A DNA stretch of 63,079 nt, filler included, from Globobulimina sp. (taxonomy: Eukaryota): NCBI GenBank assembly GCA_003354225.1. It is 39 parts of 39 records of this genome, joined end to end, with 100 filler letters (N's around TTAATTAATTAA, not from the genome) between each part and the next. Parts side by side here need not be neighbours in the genome. Positions count along the whole stretch, not along the records: positions 22,694 to 24,213 come from PIVH01015379.1; positions 24,314 to 25,833 come from PIVH01015380.1; positions 25,934 to 27,453 come from PIVH01015381.1; positions 27,554 to 29,073 come from PIVH01015382.1; positions 29,174 to 30,693 come from PIVH01015383.1; positions 30,794 to 32,313 come from PIVH01015384.1; positions 32,414 to 33,933 come from PIVH01015385.1; positions 34,034 to 35,553 come from PIVH01015386.1; 31 more parts are not named here. One strand, given 5' to 3'. Each line of letters begins with the position of its first letter. Position 1 is the stretch's first letter. The notes under the pieces were generated by a model. The model worked only from the letters and a program-made list of their open reading frames with translations. It was not told the origin of the DNA and made no database searches. Shown one piece after another: positions 22,857 through 35,653 of the stretch. A program made the position numbers and the translations under genes.

Positions 22857-24213
22857 ATGTTCAAAAGTTTATCAAGAATAATTTCATCAACAAACAGATC
22901 AGAACTGTTGCTGTCATCTAGTCGCCAATTTAGTTAATGATTTCATCCTGATTTATCCCGAAATAATTTGCAATAAAAAAAACAAAAAACAAAGGTCAAC
23001 AATCTCGAACAAATGTATTAATAATGGGCGCAGCCGGCAGAGATTTCCACAACGTATATATGTCTATCTTTTAGTACGTAAACATTTGGCACAATTTACA
23101 CAAATAAAATTTGAAGTTTAACATGAAATATCGCAACAACGAGGCATTTAATGTGGTCGCATTCACAGCCACCCAAATCCCAGGAATTGAGGGTCGTTTA
23201 TATCCACCAGAATTATGTGGCAACTTATATCCAAATGGCATACCAATTTGTGACGAGTCAGAATTAGAATCCTTAATCAACGCACATGCTGTGGACGAGG
23301 TTATATTTTCGTATTCCGACATAGATAACGACTATCTCATGAACAGAGCATCCAAAGTGATGTCGTATGGTTCGTCCTTTAAATTGTTAGGACCCTCAGA
23401 AACGCAGTTAATTTCCAGTAAACCCGTTATATCCGTACTTGCCGTGCGTACCGGATGTGGTAAATCGCAAACTGCGCGTTATATCGTCGAGTATTTCACG
23501 AATAAAGGTTTACGAGTTGTGGCTATTCGGCATCCGATGCCTTATGGAAATTTAATCAAACAAAAAGTGCAAAGATATGCCACTGTTCAAGACTTAATGT
23601 ACATTCTTTCATAATTATACGCACCGCAAACACCATATATTGATCATGCCATTGCATCACTGTGCCATTGATTATCCACAGCTCGATGTCATAATCAATT
23701 TATAGTGTTGCTGTTGTATACAAACTGTGACACCACATTTTCAGTGACCATGAGTGCACCATTGAGGAGAGGGAGGAATATGAGCCGTATGTTGTGCGCA
23801 ACGCCATCATTTATGCCGGCGTCGATTATGAGGCCATACTACGCGAAGCGGAGAAAGAGGCGGACGTCATACTATGGGATGGCGGTAACAATGATATGTC
23901 ATTTGTAAAATCAGACTGCGAGATTACAATTTTAGACCCACATCGCGTTGGACATGAAAAGAGGTACCATCCGGGACAGACAAACGTGTATACGGCAGAT
24001 ATATTGTTGATCAATAAAATAGCGACAGCGGACTATATTAATGTGGTGAAAGTGACTGAGAGTGTGTCGAAGATGAATCCGGACGCAGTTATCGTTGAGG
24101 CAGCCTCTCCGATCGTGATTGATACCGTCGACGAGCTATTGGTGAAAGGCAAACGCGTCTTGGTGGTGGAAGATGGTCCCACATTGACTCATGGCGGCAT
24201 GAAATATGGCGCC
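22857..24213 (+). CDS. COG2403-family P-loop enzyme (ArcE arginine synthetase / cDPG synthetase-like) with predicted mitochondrial presequence; exons 22857-22932, 22995-23053, 23117-23598, 23745->24213; 3' partial
   Basis: Spliced product MFKSLSRIISSTNRSELLLSSSRQFS-QQSRTNVLIMGAAGRDFHNFN...FTATQIPGIEGRLYP...AVRTGCGKSQT...IRHPMPYG...HECTIEEREEYEP...AGVDY...WDGGNND...VEDGPTLTHGGM; three GT-AG introns restore the conserved motifs. Confidence 0.9.
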
Positions 24214-24506
24214 NNNNNNNNNNNNNNNNNNNNNNNNNNNNNNNNNNNNNNNNNNNNTTAATTAATTAANNNNNNNNNNNNNNNNNNNNNNNNNNNNNNN
24301 NNNNNNNNNNNNNGAAATTGTAGAGCGGCCATTGTCTTCGTTGTTGTTGTTTTTTGGATCGACTTAAAAGCTATTTGCTTGTTTTTGGCTCAAAAACATC
24401 ATTGAACTGATAGCACATACATTTGTTGTAGTATGCATTTTCATGGATGGAACATACAGAACATTCAAGTGTCGTTTGAACTTGATGTTGAATACAATTT
24501 AATAAT

Positions 24507-25244
24507 TTAATTGGTTTGAGACAACAATGCAAGTTCAAATTGTATCTGTTGTGTTCCAATACCACAGTCACATAATGTATAACAACAAAATGCACCACGT
24601 TTATTCATATAATCAATATATTCTTCTCCAAATTGCTTTATCAATGCTCGTTCCTCATTTCTTATTCTTGTAATAACAAATATAACAATGCTCGTACCGC
24701 ATATCCAAGTAAACCATTGTCCAATAAAAAAATATCCAATCCAAAATATAAATATTGATGTATACATTGGATGTCTTGCTAATTGATATGGTCCTGTTGT
24801 CACTAACTCTGCATTTTCAACTGTTGATACTAACACTGTCCACATTCTACCTAAATTATGTAATGTCCAAATTAATAATATATCACCAATAAGCATTACT
24901 ATTATACCAAATATCATAATTACATATGTATATATTCTTGCTTTGTCATGATCAACATTTATTTCATTAAATATATCCCAATGACCATTATTCCAATCAC
25001 CAGAAAATGTTAAATATTGTGGCCATATTGCTGAAGGAATATTCGATACAATCGAAGCAAAAATTGATATTCTTATGCCCCATAAATTGGTGGATGTTTC
25101 CATTGTTTCAACCACTTTTTGTTTATTTTTTCCACGTGTTCTCTTAATATAAAAATACAACAATGTGAAGCCAAATATTAAGTTTTCAATCCATTCCAGA
25201 CAATAAAGCGTGATTACTATTTTGCTGTGGTCCAAAAAAGACAT
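24507..25244 (-). CDS. Isoprenylcysteine carboxyl methyltransferase (ICMT/PEMT)-family membrane protein
   Basis: LGRMWT, LVTTGPYQLARHPMYT, RIRNEERALIKQFGEEYIDY. Confidence 0.85.
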   Translation of the reverse strand: MSFLDHSKIVITLYCLEWIENLIFGFTLLYFYIKRTRGKNKQKVVETMETSTNLWGIRISIFASIVSNIPSAIWPQYLTFSGDWNNGHWDIFNEINVDHDKARIYTYVIMIFGIIVMLIGDILLIWTLHNLGRMWTVLVSTVENAELVTTGPYQLARHPMYTSIFIFWIGYFFIGQWFTWICGTSIVIFVITRIRNEERALIKQFGEEYIDYMNKRGAFCCYTLCDCGIGTQQIQFELALLSQTN

Positions 25245-25933
25245 AAATATATTTATGAAGAATTAAGAATTAAGTTTTTGATACTACAGCTTTTGGCAAA
25301 ACCTACCAAAGATGGATGCCAAAGATCTTTGGTACTTTGGTATTGTTTGGAGTTCTTTGGTATCGTTGGTGTTTTAACTTGTGTGTATTTATACTTTTAG
25401 GTAAAAGGAAATTTAAAGAAGAAATATAGGAATAAAATATAAATATAGAATTTTGATATCTAAATATATAGATTATGAACGGTAGATATCATAATCCTAT
25501 ATATTTAGATTATTGTTGTTTTCATAAACATGGTCACAAATATTGACTCAACTTTAAGAATTTGGGATTTGGAACTTTGTTTGCATGGATAAATGTTAGT
25601 CATCCTATCAACATTCAACCCACGCTCTTGCGTCATATTAACATAAAATGGCATCATTAGACTATGGCCAACTAAGTTTTTTTTGAGACCGTTACATTTC
25701 AAGTCTACTTATGTCTAAGAGGATTGCTTGCCAGCAGCGTGGATTAATAAATAGTCCTCACTCTATTGCCTCTACTGTCTCTCAATGTGGTTTATAATCC
25801 ATTTGCAAAATAAACCTACACATAGAAAATCGGNNNNNNNNNNNNNNNNNNNNNNNNNNNNNNNNNNNNNNNNNNNNTTAATTAATTAANNNNNNNNNNN
25901 NNNNNNNNNNNNNNNNNNNNNNNNNNNNNNNNN

Positions 25934-26939
25934 CCACACATAAATATAGCAAAACTCATAAATCAATAAAAAAATTATCCCAATCGGCGTAACTAAGTAC
26001 AAAAACATAAGCGGATATTTACACAACTTACAGCGCACATTTTCTTTGCTCAGTTTCTCTTCGATAAATATCAAATGTGCGCCCCATAAAATTATATACG
26101 GCGCAATGATCAAAACCATCAATATTCCAAACCACAACTCATGAAAATTTGTGTTAGCAAACGGTTTTTTAAAAGTCCAAATTTCGTTTCCAACCCACAA
26201 TGCGCCGAATATATCGCCGTAACATAAGACTAATGACAGCAATAAATACAGGAAAGATAAAAATATTCGCAAACGAGGGTAGGAATAAAAGCGAGCGTAA
26301 CAATCACTGCAACAACGTCTGTGACTGCGTCGATATTGATTTTTAAGTTTTTTTTGATCAAATTCGTGTATCATAATATCTTGCGACAGTGTGTGGACAC
26401 GAAATTGCTGTGCTTTGTTGTTCTCACCTAACAGGAAACCTATTTATCAGCATATAGGTTTTCAGAGTGTGTGGTTTGAATGTTTTTGCGAAATTGCGAT
26501 GGAGAGTGACCTGCGGAAGTCGCTCTATGCTCGCTTTTATCGGAGATGCGAGGATTGTTGTTCATTAATGCTTTGTTGGAGTCGTGAGAGGCAAATGATA
26601 CATGTTCTTCTTCGAGTTTCTTGTCGTCGTTGGATGTGGGTGTCATGGCATCGATTTCTTTTGTTTCGGCGTTCCTGTTGTAGTTGACATTGAGAGTGGA
26701 ACTTTCCGAGTTGTTGTCAGTGTCACTGTCTTTTATGTCTTCGAGATGAATCTCAGAGAGTGCATCATCGTTATCATTTATGTCATAGTTGTTGCCCTCT
26801 GATTGTTTCATAATTGGGCCACCGTATTCGTCACCATCGTCGAGCATCGGTGCAGGTTCCAACTAGTACGTGGTTTGGATATACTTTCATGGATATCAAA
26901 GCGAATTATTGAAGATAGATTTGATACCAGTTCTGTCAT
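25934..26939 (-). CDS. Hypothetical membrane protein with acidic N-terminus, multi-exon, 3' partial
   Basis: ATG at 26939 and 65-nt intron 26863-26927 give MTELLEPAP...; downstream TM-rich ORF 25934-26374; second junction unresolved. Confidence 0.5.
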
Positions 26940-27553
26940 TTTGTTTGAGACAGGCTTGCCGATTTTTACTTTAGGTTTTTGAATTCAAAAAAAAAAATAT
27001 GTAGGGAATACCTTCGGCAGGGAATTAATTCTATATTTCATTTCATTCGTTAGATGAAACCAGCTTAAATAAATCTTTTTGTCCACACGTACAGGATTAA
27101 AAAGTCCGAACATTAAATTGCTGTTATTTTGACAGATATAAGCTTTGTTGGTCTGACATGTAAACTGCAAATTGGTATTCAGAGCACTGCAGACACAACC
27201 ATATTGAGCTATTTTGGAGTTAATCGCTCACCACAATGAAATTTAGCTCAATAGTTGTGACTGCAATATTGGTGTTACGTTTTTCAACCGGAAAGAAAAC
27301 ACAAAGAGCGGGTGATGTGGTTTGATGTTAGCATAGCAATTAATGCGTGTATGCAACTAATATGATGATCGCAATAATGTTATCTTTTATGGGATGATCA
27401 CTTTGAGAAACACATTTATTACAAATACATGATAATAATTTGTCTCCACGAAANNNNNNNNNNNNNNNNNNNNNNNNNNNNNNNNNNNNNNNNNNNNTTA
27501 ATTAATTAANNNNNNNNNNNNNNNNNNNNNNNNNNNNNNNNNNNNNNNNNNNN

Positions 27554-28753
27554 GAAGCCAATAAAATAGTTTCCTTTTGATTGGATTTTGCAAATAATTG
27601 TAAAACCCATTCCTGGTCATCCATGATTTTATGAGTGATGGGCAATATTAACGTTTCAATGACTGATAAATCATTATTTAAACATTTGATATCAAACTGT
27701 TTTGGATCCAATAATATATTAACTATGTCCTTATAAATTTTAATCATCGCTTTATATAAATTTTTCTCCTGGTTCTTATTTTCTTGATTGTCCTTTTTCT
27801 GGTTATAATTCTTATTCTTATTATGAACGATATCAATAAATCTCAGGTCATCCTCTCGATTGCAATGCTTATACTCCTCATTCTTATCATTGTTTAATCC
27901 GCAAAATAGGTCACATTTTAAGATTGTCGGCAACAAAGTGATTAGATCCATGTGCATGGTTTTATTTATTGGCACATTAAAAGTCTTGATATAAAATAAA
28001 AATATTGACATTAGTTGAATGATAGGAAAGGTGCATATTTTCACTTCATTCAAGACATTGGACTTCTTCCTTTGTTCCAAATCAATATTAATCACATCAT
28101 TGCTCATATTATTGACATGTTTCATGTGCGACATGGTACAAAATCGGCAAAACGTTGAAAATATGTCTTTTATGCTGGTAATAATCGGATCGTGCAAATC
28201 ATTCAAAATGAATAGTCTTTGCAGGGATTCGTGAGCTTTATAAATTGCGATCCAATCACGCGACAAACATTTCCTATGTGGATATGGATGCAATTAAGTT
28301 GTCAGATTGTCAGTGGTCGAAAATTGCAAACCTGTACAGGCAAAATTCATTTATTTTCTTATTGAACCAATCCGAGGCATCCCGATAGTCTTTGATAATA
28401 AATCCAGAATCAATGTCAATCTTAAACTTTAAAATATGTTCTTTCAACGATAAAATACGTTCATTCATGGTCGAAGAATAAATATTTTTTAGTAATTTTA
28501 TGGATGTTAATTGTAATAATTTGTTGTTTGCATTTTGCAATTTGAATAGATCAGATATTGTTATTTTTTTTGAATGTTTGGTGTTGTAATAATAATCACA
28601 TAAAATGTTTATATTTATTCTTGATGAAATACAGAAAAAATCTAAACATTCCAAAAAAGATAATAGTTTGGAAAAGTTGCTTGATGCTGAAAATAAATCA
28701 TATTCTGACAATACACACAAATCATTCTTCTTTGATAAAAATTTGATTGCCAT
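27554..28753 (-). CDS. Hypothetical protein (two same-strand ORFs, possibly one gene), 3' partial
   Basis: ORFs 28310-28753 and 27554-28293 lie 16 nt apart. Confidence 0.4.
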
Positions 28754-29173
28754 TTTTAATTCGTTTATGCCGAATTTTATAAAATCGCATTCAATGATAC
28801 ATTTATTTTGGGTGTTTTTATGCCAATTGGATGAATATCGGGAATTAATAGTATTTTATCAGAAGTCAATAAAATCGTGCCTGTGAACGTGTTTCTAAAA
28901 ATAAAGTTTTTGAGTGGGGGCGCGTCTTAGGGCGCGTAGCGGCTCACAGCCACGATTTCTATTGACTTCTGATACAATGTTTTATCAAAAAAAATGACCA
29001 TACAGTGAATTTTATCATTACAGTGAATATTCAAAATATTTATGGTTTCTGGACTTTTGATTAGTTTCATGGGNNNNNNNNNNNNNNNNNNNNNNNNNNN
29101 NNNNNNNNNNNNNNNNNTTAATTAATTAANNNNNNNNNNNNNNNNNNNNNNNNNNNNNNNNNNNNNNNNNNNN

Positions 29174-29977
29174 GACGGCGGCAACGATGTGTCAATGATT
29201 TTGGCGGCAAATGTGGGTGTTGGCTTATTAGGGAAAGAAGGCAGACAAGCATCGTTATCGTCGGATTTTAGTATTATTAAATTTGAATATTTATCAGTTT
29301 TGCTGTTGTGGCATGGCAGGTTGTCGTATAAAAATACATCACTGATATCGCAATTTGTGATCCATCGGGGTTTAATTATAGCATTTATCACCGCATTTTT
29401 TAGCATAATCTTTTATTTTGCAGCAGTTCCATTATTTACGGGGTCATTAATGGTGGGATATACCTGCATTTATACTTCATTGCCCGTATTTTCATTGGTC
29501 TTAGATCGTGATATATCAATTGAGAATGCATTGTTTTATCCGGAATTATATCATTCATTACAATCGGGATTATCTTTAAATAGCAAAACATTTTTGCTAT
29601 GGATTATGAGGTCATTTTTCCAGGGTTCGTGTATCATGTTATTTACATTAATTTTATTCGAAAATGAAGTTCATAATATTGTATCTATCGCTTTTACTGC
29701 GTTGATATTAACTGAGTTATATAATGTCTATTTAGAAATACATAAAATACATTTTTTGATGATAATCACGGAATTATTATCCATTATGTTATATATTATA
29801 TCGATTTTTATATTCTCCAAAACATATTTTGATAAACAATTTGTATTTTCGTATACATTTTTATTTAAATCATTTATTATTTCTGCTGTTGCCAATATTC
29901 CTGTTTTTATCATCAAATTTATTCACAAAAAATGTAATCCTTCAATGCAAGCAAAATTAAAAGATGATCGACAATGA
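29174..29977 (+). CDS. P4-type ATPase phospholipid flippase, ATP9/Neo1 subfamily, C-terminal part
   Basis: DGGNDVSMI, GKEGRQASLSSDFSI, LLLWHGRLSYK and QFVIHRGLII, followed by C-terminal TM helices. Confidence 0.95.
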   Translation, partial: DGGNDVSMILAANVGVGLLGKEGRQASLSSDFSIIKFEYLSVLLLWHGRLSYKNTSLISQFVIHRGLIIAFITAFFSIIFYFAAVPLFTGSLMVGYTCIYTSLPVFSLVLDRDISIENALFYPELYHSLQSGLSLNSKTFLLWIMRSFFQGSCIMLFTLILFENEVHNIVSIAFTALILTELYNVYLEIHKIHFLMIITELLSIMLYIISIFIFSKTYFDKQFVFSYTFLFKSFIISAVANIPVFIIKFIHKKCNPSMQAKLKDDRQ

Positions 29978-30057
29978 CGTTTTAATTGGTTTTTAATTCA
30001 CTTGATTGGTTGATTTTTATTTTTGGGTTTATTTAATTGTAAGTTTGAATTAAATAT

Positions 30058-30693
30058 ATGTTTTTTTTGATTGGTTATGATAAAAAGTATTTATTGGTTG
30101 CCATTTTTTTTGCAAGGAAAAACATAAGAGTGGTGTCATTTTCTTTAAATGTTTTGGTTTTCAAAAATAACAATCAATATGAAAATAATATTATTCCAGT
30201 TCACGGTCATATTGATATCGATCCTGATATTGATTATTTTGATGTGTCCATATATAACACACAGTCTTTGTTTCACGTTTATAATAATAAAAAAAGAATT
30301 GCACCGATCTCAAAAAAAGCATCAAATTGTTTTGGTAAATTTGAAATTGATTCAATGAGTGCTTGTATTTATGAATGGAAATTTAAAATATTAGGCGGTA
30401 AAAAAAATACTTCTGTGGTGATCGGTATTTATGGCTCACTGAAACGGGCAAAATACAGTTCATCTGATTGGTCGAAGTCATTTTATAAATGTAAAAACGG
30501 TCGCTTTGTTGGTTATGGTTATTACATTGGTCGAGGTCTAACTGCAAAATCGTGGGTGTCTGCTGCAGAATATGTGCGTCGTCCGATACATGCCGGCGAT
30601 ATGATAGCAATGAGATTGGATTTGTTGAATAAATGTGTAAGTTATAAACATAACAATTATGATTTAGGCATCGCTTTTACACCGAAACACATT
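30058..30693 (+). CDS. SPRY/B30.2-like beta-sandwich protein, partial
   Basis: YEWKFKI, VVIGI, GDMIAMRLDL, YKHNNYDLGIAF. Confidence 0.55.
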
Positions 30694-30799
30694 NNNNNNN
30701 NNNNNNNNNNNNNNNNNNNNNNNNNNNNNNNNNNNNNTTAATTAATTAANNNNNNNNNNNNNNNNNNNNNNNNNNNNNNNNNNNNNNNNNNNNAACACA

Positions 30800-30940
30800 T
30801 CGACAGAATCGGGGCAATTGACAGTGTCAAAATATAGACAGAATCGTCATAATTGACAGTGTCAAAATATAGACAGAATCGACGCAATCGACAGTGTCAA
30901 AATATCGACAGAATCGACGCAATGGACAGTGACAAAATTT
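30800..30940 (+). repeat. 35-bp tandem repeat, about 4 copies, decaying rightwards
   Basis: GACAGAATC recurs at 30802, 30837, 30872 and 30907. Confidence 0.85.
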
Positions 30941-31747
30941 TGAGAGAACCGTGGAAATTGATAGTGTCGAATAACGACTGATGACTGAATCGACAGATTT
31001 GTTGAAATATAATCGACAAATTTGAAACTGTATCAATTTTGACATAATCGACAAAAAGTCAGATTTCGAAAATCATGTTGCTGAAAGTAAACGAAGAGAG
31101 ACAAAACGATTGTGGGAACTTGGATAAACAATGGAAGTAAATAATAATCGAAACGCATATAAAGCTTTGGTATATGGTTTGGTTAGTCATACATACACAT
31201 CTCAAAAACGTTTTCCTTATGGCTTTTATCCTTCGGGCGGATCTATCCAAAATTGGTTTTTGTCCTGTTTAATTTTACTACAACCTGCTAAACGGAGCTC
31301 TATCATTGACTTTAATAATTTTAAAACAAAACAAAACATCTTACTGTACTAGGTTCAATATGCGCATATTATTACGATACAGTTATTGTGATTGATAGGA
31401 CGACACTCTGCCTCATCCACGGCACCATGTAGTAGGTACCTACGTATGCACACTGTCACTGAGTATGGATTACGATGGCTTAATTTTTGAAAAAATGTTC
31501 CAAAAGACAGCTTTTCAAATGTGTTATTGTTGTGTTATATAATGGTTTACACGATGGCACAATTTTCTTAAAACCAAAAGACAGTGGTCAGTATAATTTT
31601 GATAATAAAGGGTTGCACAGTTCTTACGATGGCTCAATTTCCCCTAAAAATATATAGACAGCAATCTAAATCAGTTAAAGCTAATAGCAATCATTAAAGT
31701 CCCAGGAAAACACCCTTTTTGAACCCTGCTTGTTTATTTGTATACAG

Positions 31748-32156
31748 GTAGGTCCGTCTGCTAGCAGAGGAAAGCACCGTGAACAGGACAATCAGTTGCG
31801 ACATCAGCGTAGAATCACAACTAGTCTGGGTATTAGTTGTATGTGCACATTTCTTCTGTTCTGCATACCCATGATGTTGGCAAATGGATTACTTTGGTTT
31901 GGTGTCAAGACTGTGCCATTGTTCTTCTATTTCTTGTCAACATTCAATCCATTGTGTAATGTTTTCATTTATCAGGTATGTAATTAATCTACTGTTATAA
32001 CTCGTTAACGAAGACAGACTAAAGATTTGTATTGAATTTTAGATCCGTCATAAAGAGTTACGAATGGCTTTGAAAGGATTGATCAGTTGCAAACAACTAC
32101 CGATTGATGTTCGTATGTGGAATGTAAATGAAAATGCACGGAGTGCTAATGCATAG
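31748..32156 (+). CDS. Class-A-like 7TM receptor, last two exons (TM6-TM7-helix 8), resembling nematode serpentine receptors; intron 31976-32042
   Basis: Spliced QRRITTSLGISCMCTFLLFCIP...LSTFNPLCNVFIYQ/IRHKELRMALKGL; GTATGT..TTTTAG intron. Confidence 0.65.
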
Positions 32157-32413
32157 TTGACTTAAAGTATTTATCAAAAACAGATTGTCAAAAATAGGAT
32201 AAATATTTGTTACTACAATATTATTAAAACAAATAACAAAGGATTTACATTGAACCTGCCTAAACAGTGTTTGTGAAGCCTTGTCTGTGTTTATTTTTGT
32301 ATCTGACAGTTATNNNNNNNNNNNNNNNNNNNNNNNNNNNNNNNNNNNNNNNNNNNNTTAATTAATTAANNNNNNNNNNNNNNNNNNNNNNNNNNNNNNN
32401 NNNNNNNNNNNNN

Positions 32414-32691
32414 GCGTTAATTGTGGCTGATTCGCAGGCCCACCTTCCGTAACAAGCCACGTAGCACGGATAGCCAGGAGCACAGTTAATAATGGCCGAG
32501 TCGCAGGCAGTGTCTTCCGTGCATCGTACATAGCACATAACTCCTTCTGTGCAAGTAATTGTTTGCCCATAGCATGAGCTATATGTGAGACAGTTACAAT
32601 TGCCGGACGCATCACATTCCACACTATCTCCTTGGTCGAATAAGACAAATATAGAACAAAGAGTTATCCAGAAGACTGTGATAGTTTCCAT
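32414..32691 (-). CDS. Secreted Cys-rich repeat protein, 3' partial
   Basis: Signal peptide followed by repeated C....SC....I.C.....C.V.C units. Confidence 0.65.
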
Positions 32692-32888
32692 TGTTGAACG
32701 ATATATCCTTTCACTTTTTGTGTTGTCAATTCAAATAAGGTTTTCAAATGATTTTATGAACCTTGTTTTTGGGATATAAAATAATTAAAAAGTCACGTCG
32801 CAGTAATATGAATTTCGTCATATCATTCTCATTGCAGTTACAGTTGAGTATACTGAGTAGATGAGCAACATGTATATCGATTCGGAAT

Positions 32889-33531
32889 TTAGGATTTAAT
32901 AAAAAAAATACATAACATTTCATAAATTAAAAAAAAAACATAGAGCATATATCGATTATAAAAAAAGTTGCCAGCATTATAATTATTGCCAAACAAACAA
33001 ATTAATAATAATGCTGCGCAAAATAATACTTTGATCCACCAATATTCATTTTCATTTTGTTGCCAAGAGCTAAGTGTTACTTTTGTCAGTAACATTATGA
33101 AGGTATAATTGATCCAAATCGACACAAAATCTGAAAAATATTTTCTGTTTTATAAATACAAAGCATTTGTACATATTATTCATCCGTAATCAGAAACAAA
33201 TAACATACAAAGAATGGGACATAAAACTAAAGGGTTTGACGGCATTAAACATCACAGATAATATCATAGCAATAATAATCATCGAATTTGTATGCAAAAT
33301 ATCGCTGTCTTTGCAGCCTAAATATATTATTGGAATAATATGAGTCAAACATAATAATACATCTACGGTATCAATTTGTGCCTCGTTCTGAGTTTGTTGC
33401 GCCGGAGTTGGTGATGGTATGTCTGGTGTTGGCGATCGTGTATCTAATGATGTTGTTTCTTGTTCCGATGGATGTTGCAATTGTAAATGTTTCTGGCTTT
33501 TCAATATTTTCTGCAATTTTGCATGATCCAT
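32889..33531 (-). CDS. Hypothetical membrane protein, multi-exon
   Basis: Same-strand TM-rich ORFs 33190-33531 and 32889-33125 with an intron-sized gap. Confidence 0.4.
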
Positions 33532-34211
33532 TCGTCTGTATTTGCGGTTTGCTAAATAAATATAAACATATATAATAATGTAACATGTATCTTATAGATA
33601 TCTGTAATATTAACTTGGTGAAGTGAATGATCTTCGTTTCTGTTTTCCCTCTTCATGCTTTTGCGCATATGGTGGTGAAAAGGGGTTGAGCATTATTTCA
33701 CAATGGAACTGCCATTACAATCGAAACGATTTAAATATCCGGCAATGTCTTGCACCTTCACTGCAGTTTTGGGTCCTCTCAGATTTGTTTGAACAATGAA
33801 AGTGCGATTCGATGCAAATAGAAAGAGCATGGATAAATCTATTATAAATAAACAAAGACACACTCATCTCATTATTTTTTAATCAACGAATATAAATTTA
33901 ACGGCAGGATCGCCGACTTTGCATTTTTGCTTTNNNNNNNNNNNNNNNNNNNNNNNNNNNNNNNNNNNNNNNNNNNNTTAATTAATTAANNNNNNNNNNN
34001 NNNNNNNNNNNNNNNNNNNNNNNNNNNNNNNNNGACATAGTATTCAAAGAGATTCAAGCCAGTCGCCAATAATAACACTATTGCAATAAACATTACCAGG
34101 GCTAGTGTTCTGATACGGATCATGCTCCGAAAGGCACTTAAGAAAACTGTAAAAATCATTTTTAAAAGTTTCTTCAAAATACTAAGAAGGACGTTCATTG
34201 GTTACAAAAAC

Positions 34212-34856
34212 TCAGGAACATACTCGCAACCATATAACAACCAAAGCCAACAGAACTAAGACAACGCCTTGAAACACTTTCAATATTGTAACGACTCCGA
34301 TATTATCATACAGATCCTGCATATCCTGAATACACCGAACATTATCCCCAACACTACAGTGACTATCATGTTTTAACCCATTTATCCCTGTATTTATATC
34401 CTTTTTCATAAAATACATTTGCCAAATACATATACTAAAATACAACAGAACCATCACCATCACTGTTCCACTCAAAATCCGTTTGCCCACACTCTGCTGC
34501 CATGAACTAACCATTGGTCCAAAATACGATAACACACAAAACAACACTAACCCACAGAACCCAATTACCGCAATATTCAAATATTTGCCATCATAAACCA
34601 TTGCTAACTGCTGCCCATCGCATATATTATCATCCATACACTTTGTAGCACTGTTCAATGCATTCAAAAACAGCATCAATAAAATATCCAATACCAATAC
34701 AAGTAAAAATAATATGCCAGCACAAATCAAAAATAATATGCCAACAATCATCTTCGATATTAGTGCATCTGCATCCTCCTCAATATATTGCTCGTTGTCC
34801 TCATCCATCAGCCTCGCACGCTCATCGTGTTCAAACTCACTGTCATTATGTGCCAT
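34212..34856 (-). CDS. Four-TM hypothetical protein (tetraspanin-like topology)
   Basis: Complete 214-aa ORF with four hydrophobic helices and Cys pairs in the loops. Confidence 0.55.
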   Translation of the reverse strand: MAHNDSEFEHDERARLMDEDNEQYIEEDADALISKMIVGILFLICAGILFLLVLVLDILLMLFLNALNSATKCMDDNICDGQQLAMVYDGKYLNIAVIGFCGLVLFCVLSYFGPMVSSWQQSVGKRILSGTVMVMVLLYFSICIWQMYFMKKDINTGINGLKHDSHCSVGDNVRCIQDMQDLYDNIGVVTILKVFQGVVLVLLALVVIWLRVCS

Positions 34857-35653
34857 TTTATACTCATTATCGTTGTTATCGTTTCTGTTATTATATGCGA
34901 TGTGTTTTCGTTTGTTTTTGCGTTGTCTCTCTTGTTGTTTATGTAAGTATGCATTGTGATCAATGTCAACAGGCTCAACATCGTTTGCCTTACAATATGT
35001 GTTATATGGCGCACCAAATAGTACTATTTTATTGTCAATATAGGGCCTATCTAATCTAAAATGCGTATTTACAGATTAAATGTGTATATACATACAATAT
35101 GTTTATAGCGTTTGTATTGGTTATTTGGGTGCATAGGATGCAAAATATGTGCTGTATGGATTGAATATGGGTTCGTTGGCATGAATGAATGATCCATGAC
35201 ACTTTTCTCCATTCCAAATGTGCTATTTCTTGTTAAATAACCATTGTATATAAATTATTATTTGTATATGTAAAATGTTGTAATAACCATTAAATCCATA
35301 GTAAACCATTAATGATGACATACAGGACTTCTTCTTTGTTGTTCTAATCGTCACTGTGGGTTATTTGCGTAATTCTTTGTGTCTCATGGTCGACATGATG
35401 ACTCATTTCAGAATATCTAACTTGAAGTTTTTTTTTTCCAAACTATAAATCACAAAGCAGACTAACAAGTTTTACTGCACGTTTATTCATCATATGATGG
35501 ATAAACATATAACCGGAAATACCGATTGGTTAATATACAGAAACACCAAAAAANNNNNNNNNNNNNNNNNNNNNNNNNNNNNNNNNNNNNNNNNNNNTTA
35601 ATTAATTAANNNNNNNNNNNNNNNNNNNNNNNNNNNNNNNNNNNNNNNNNNNN

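Noticed and set aside
22857-24213. ArcE-like gene as bacterial or archaeal contamination
   Set aside because: Three spliceosomal introns, two of the size typical for this genome, and a presequence exon show it is a eukaryotic nuclear gene
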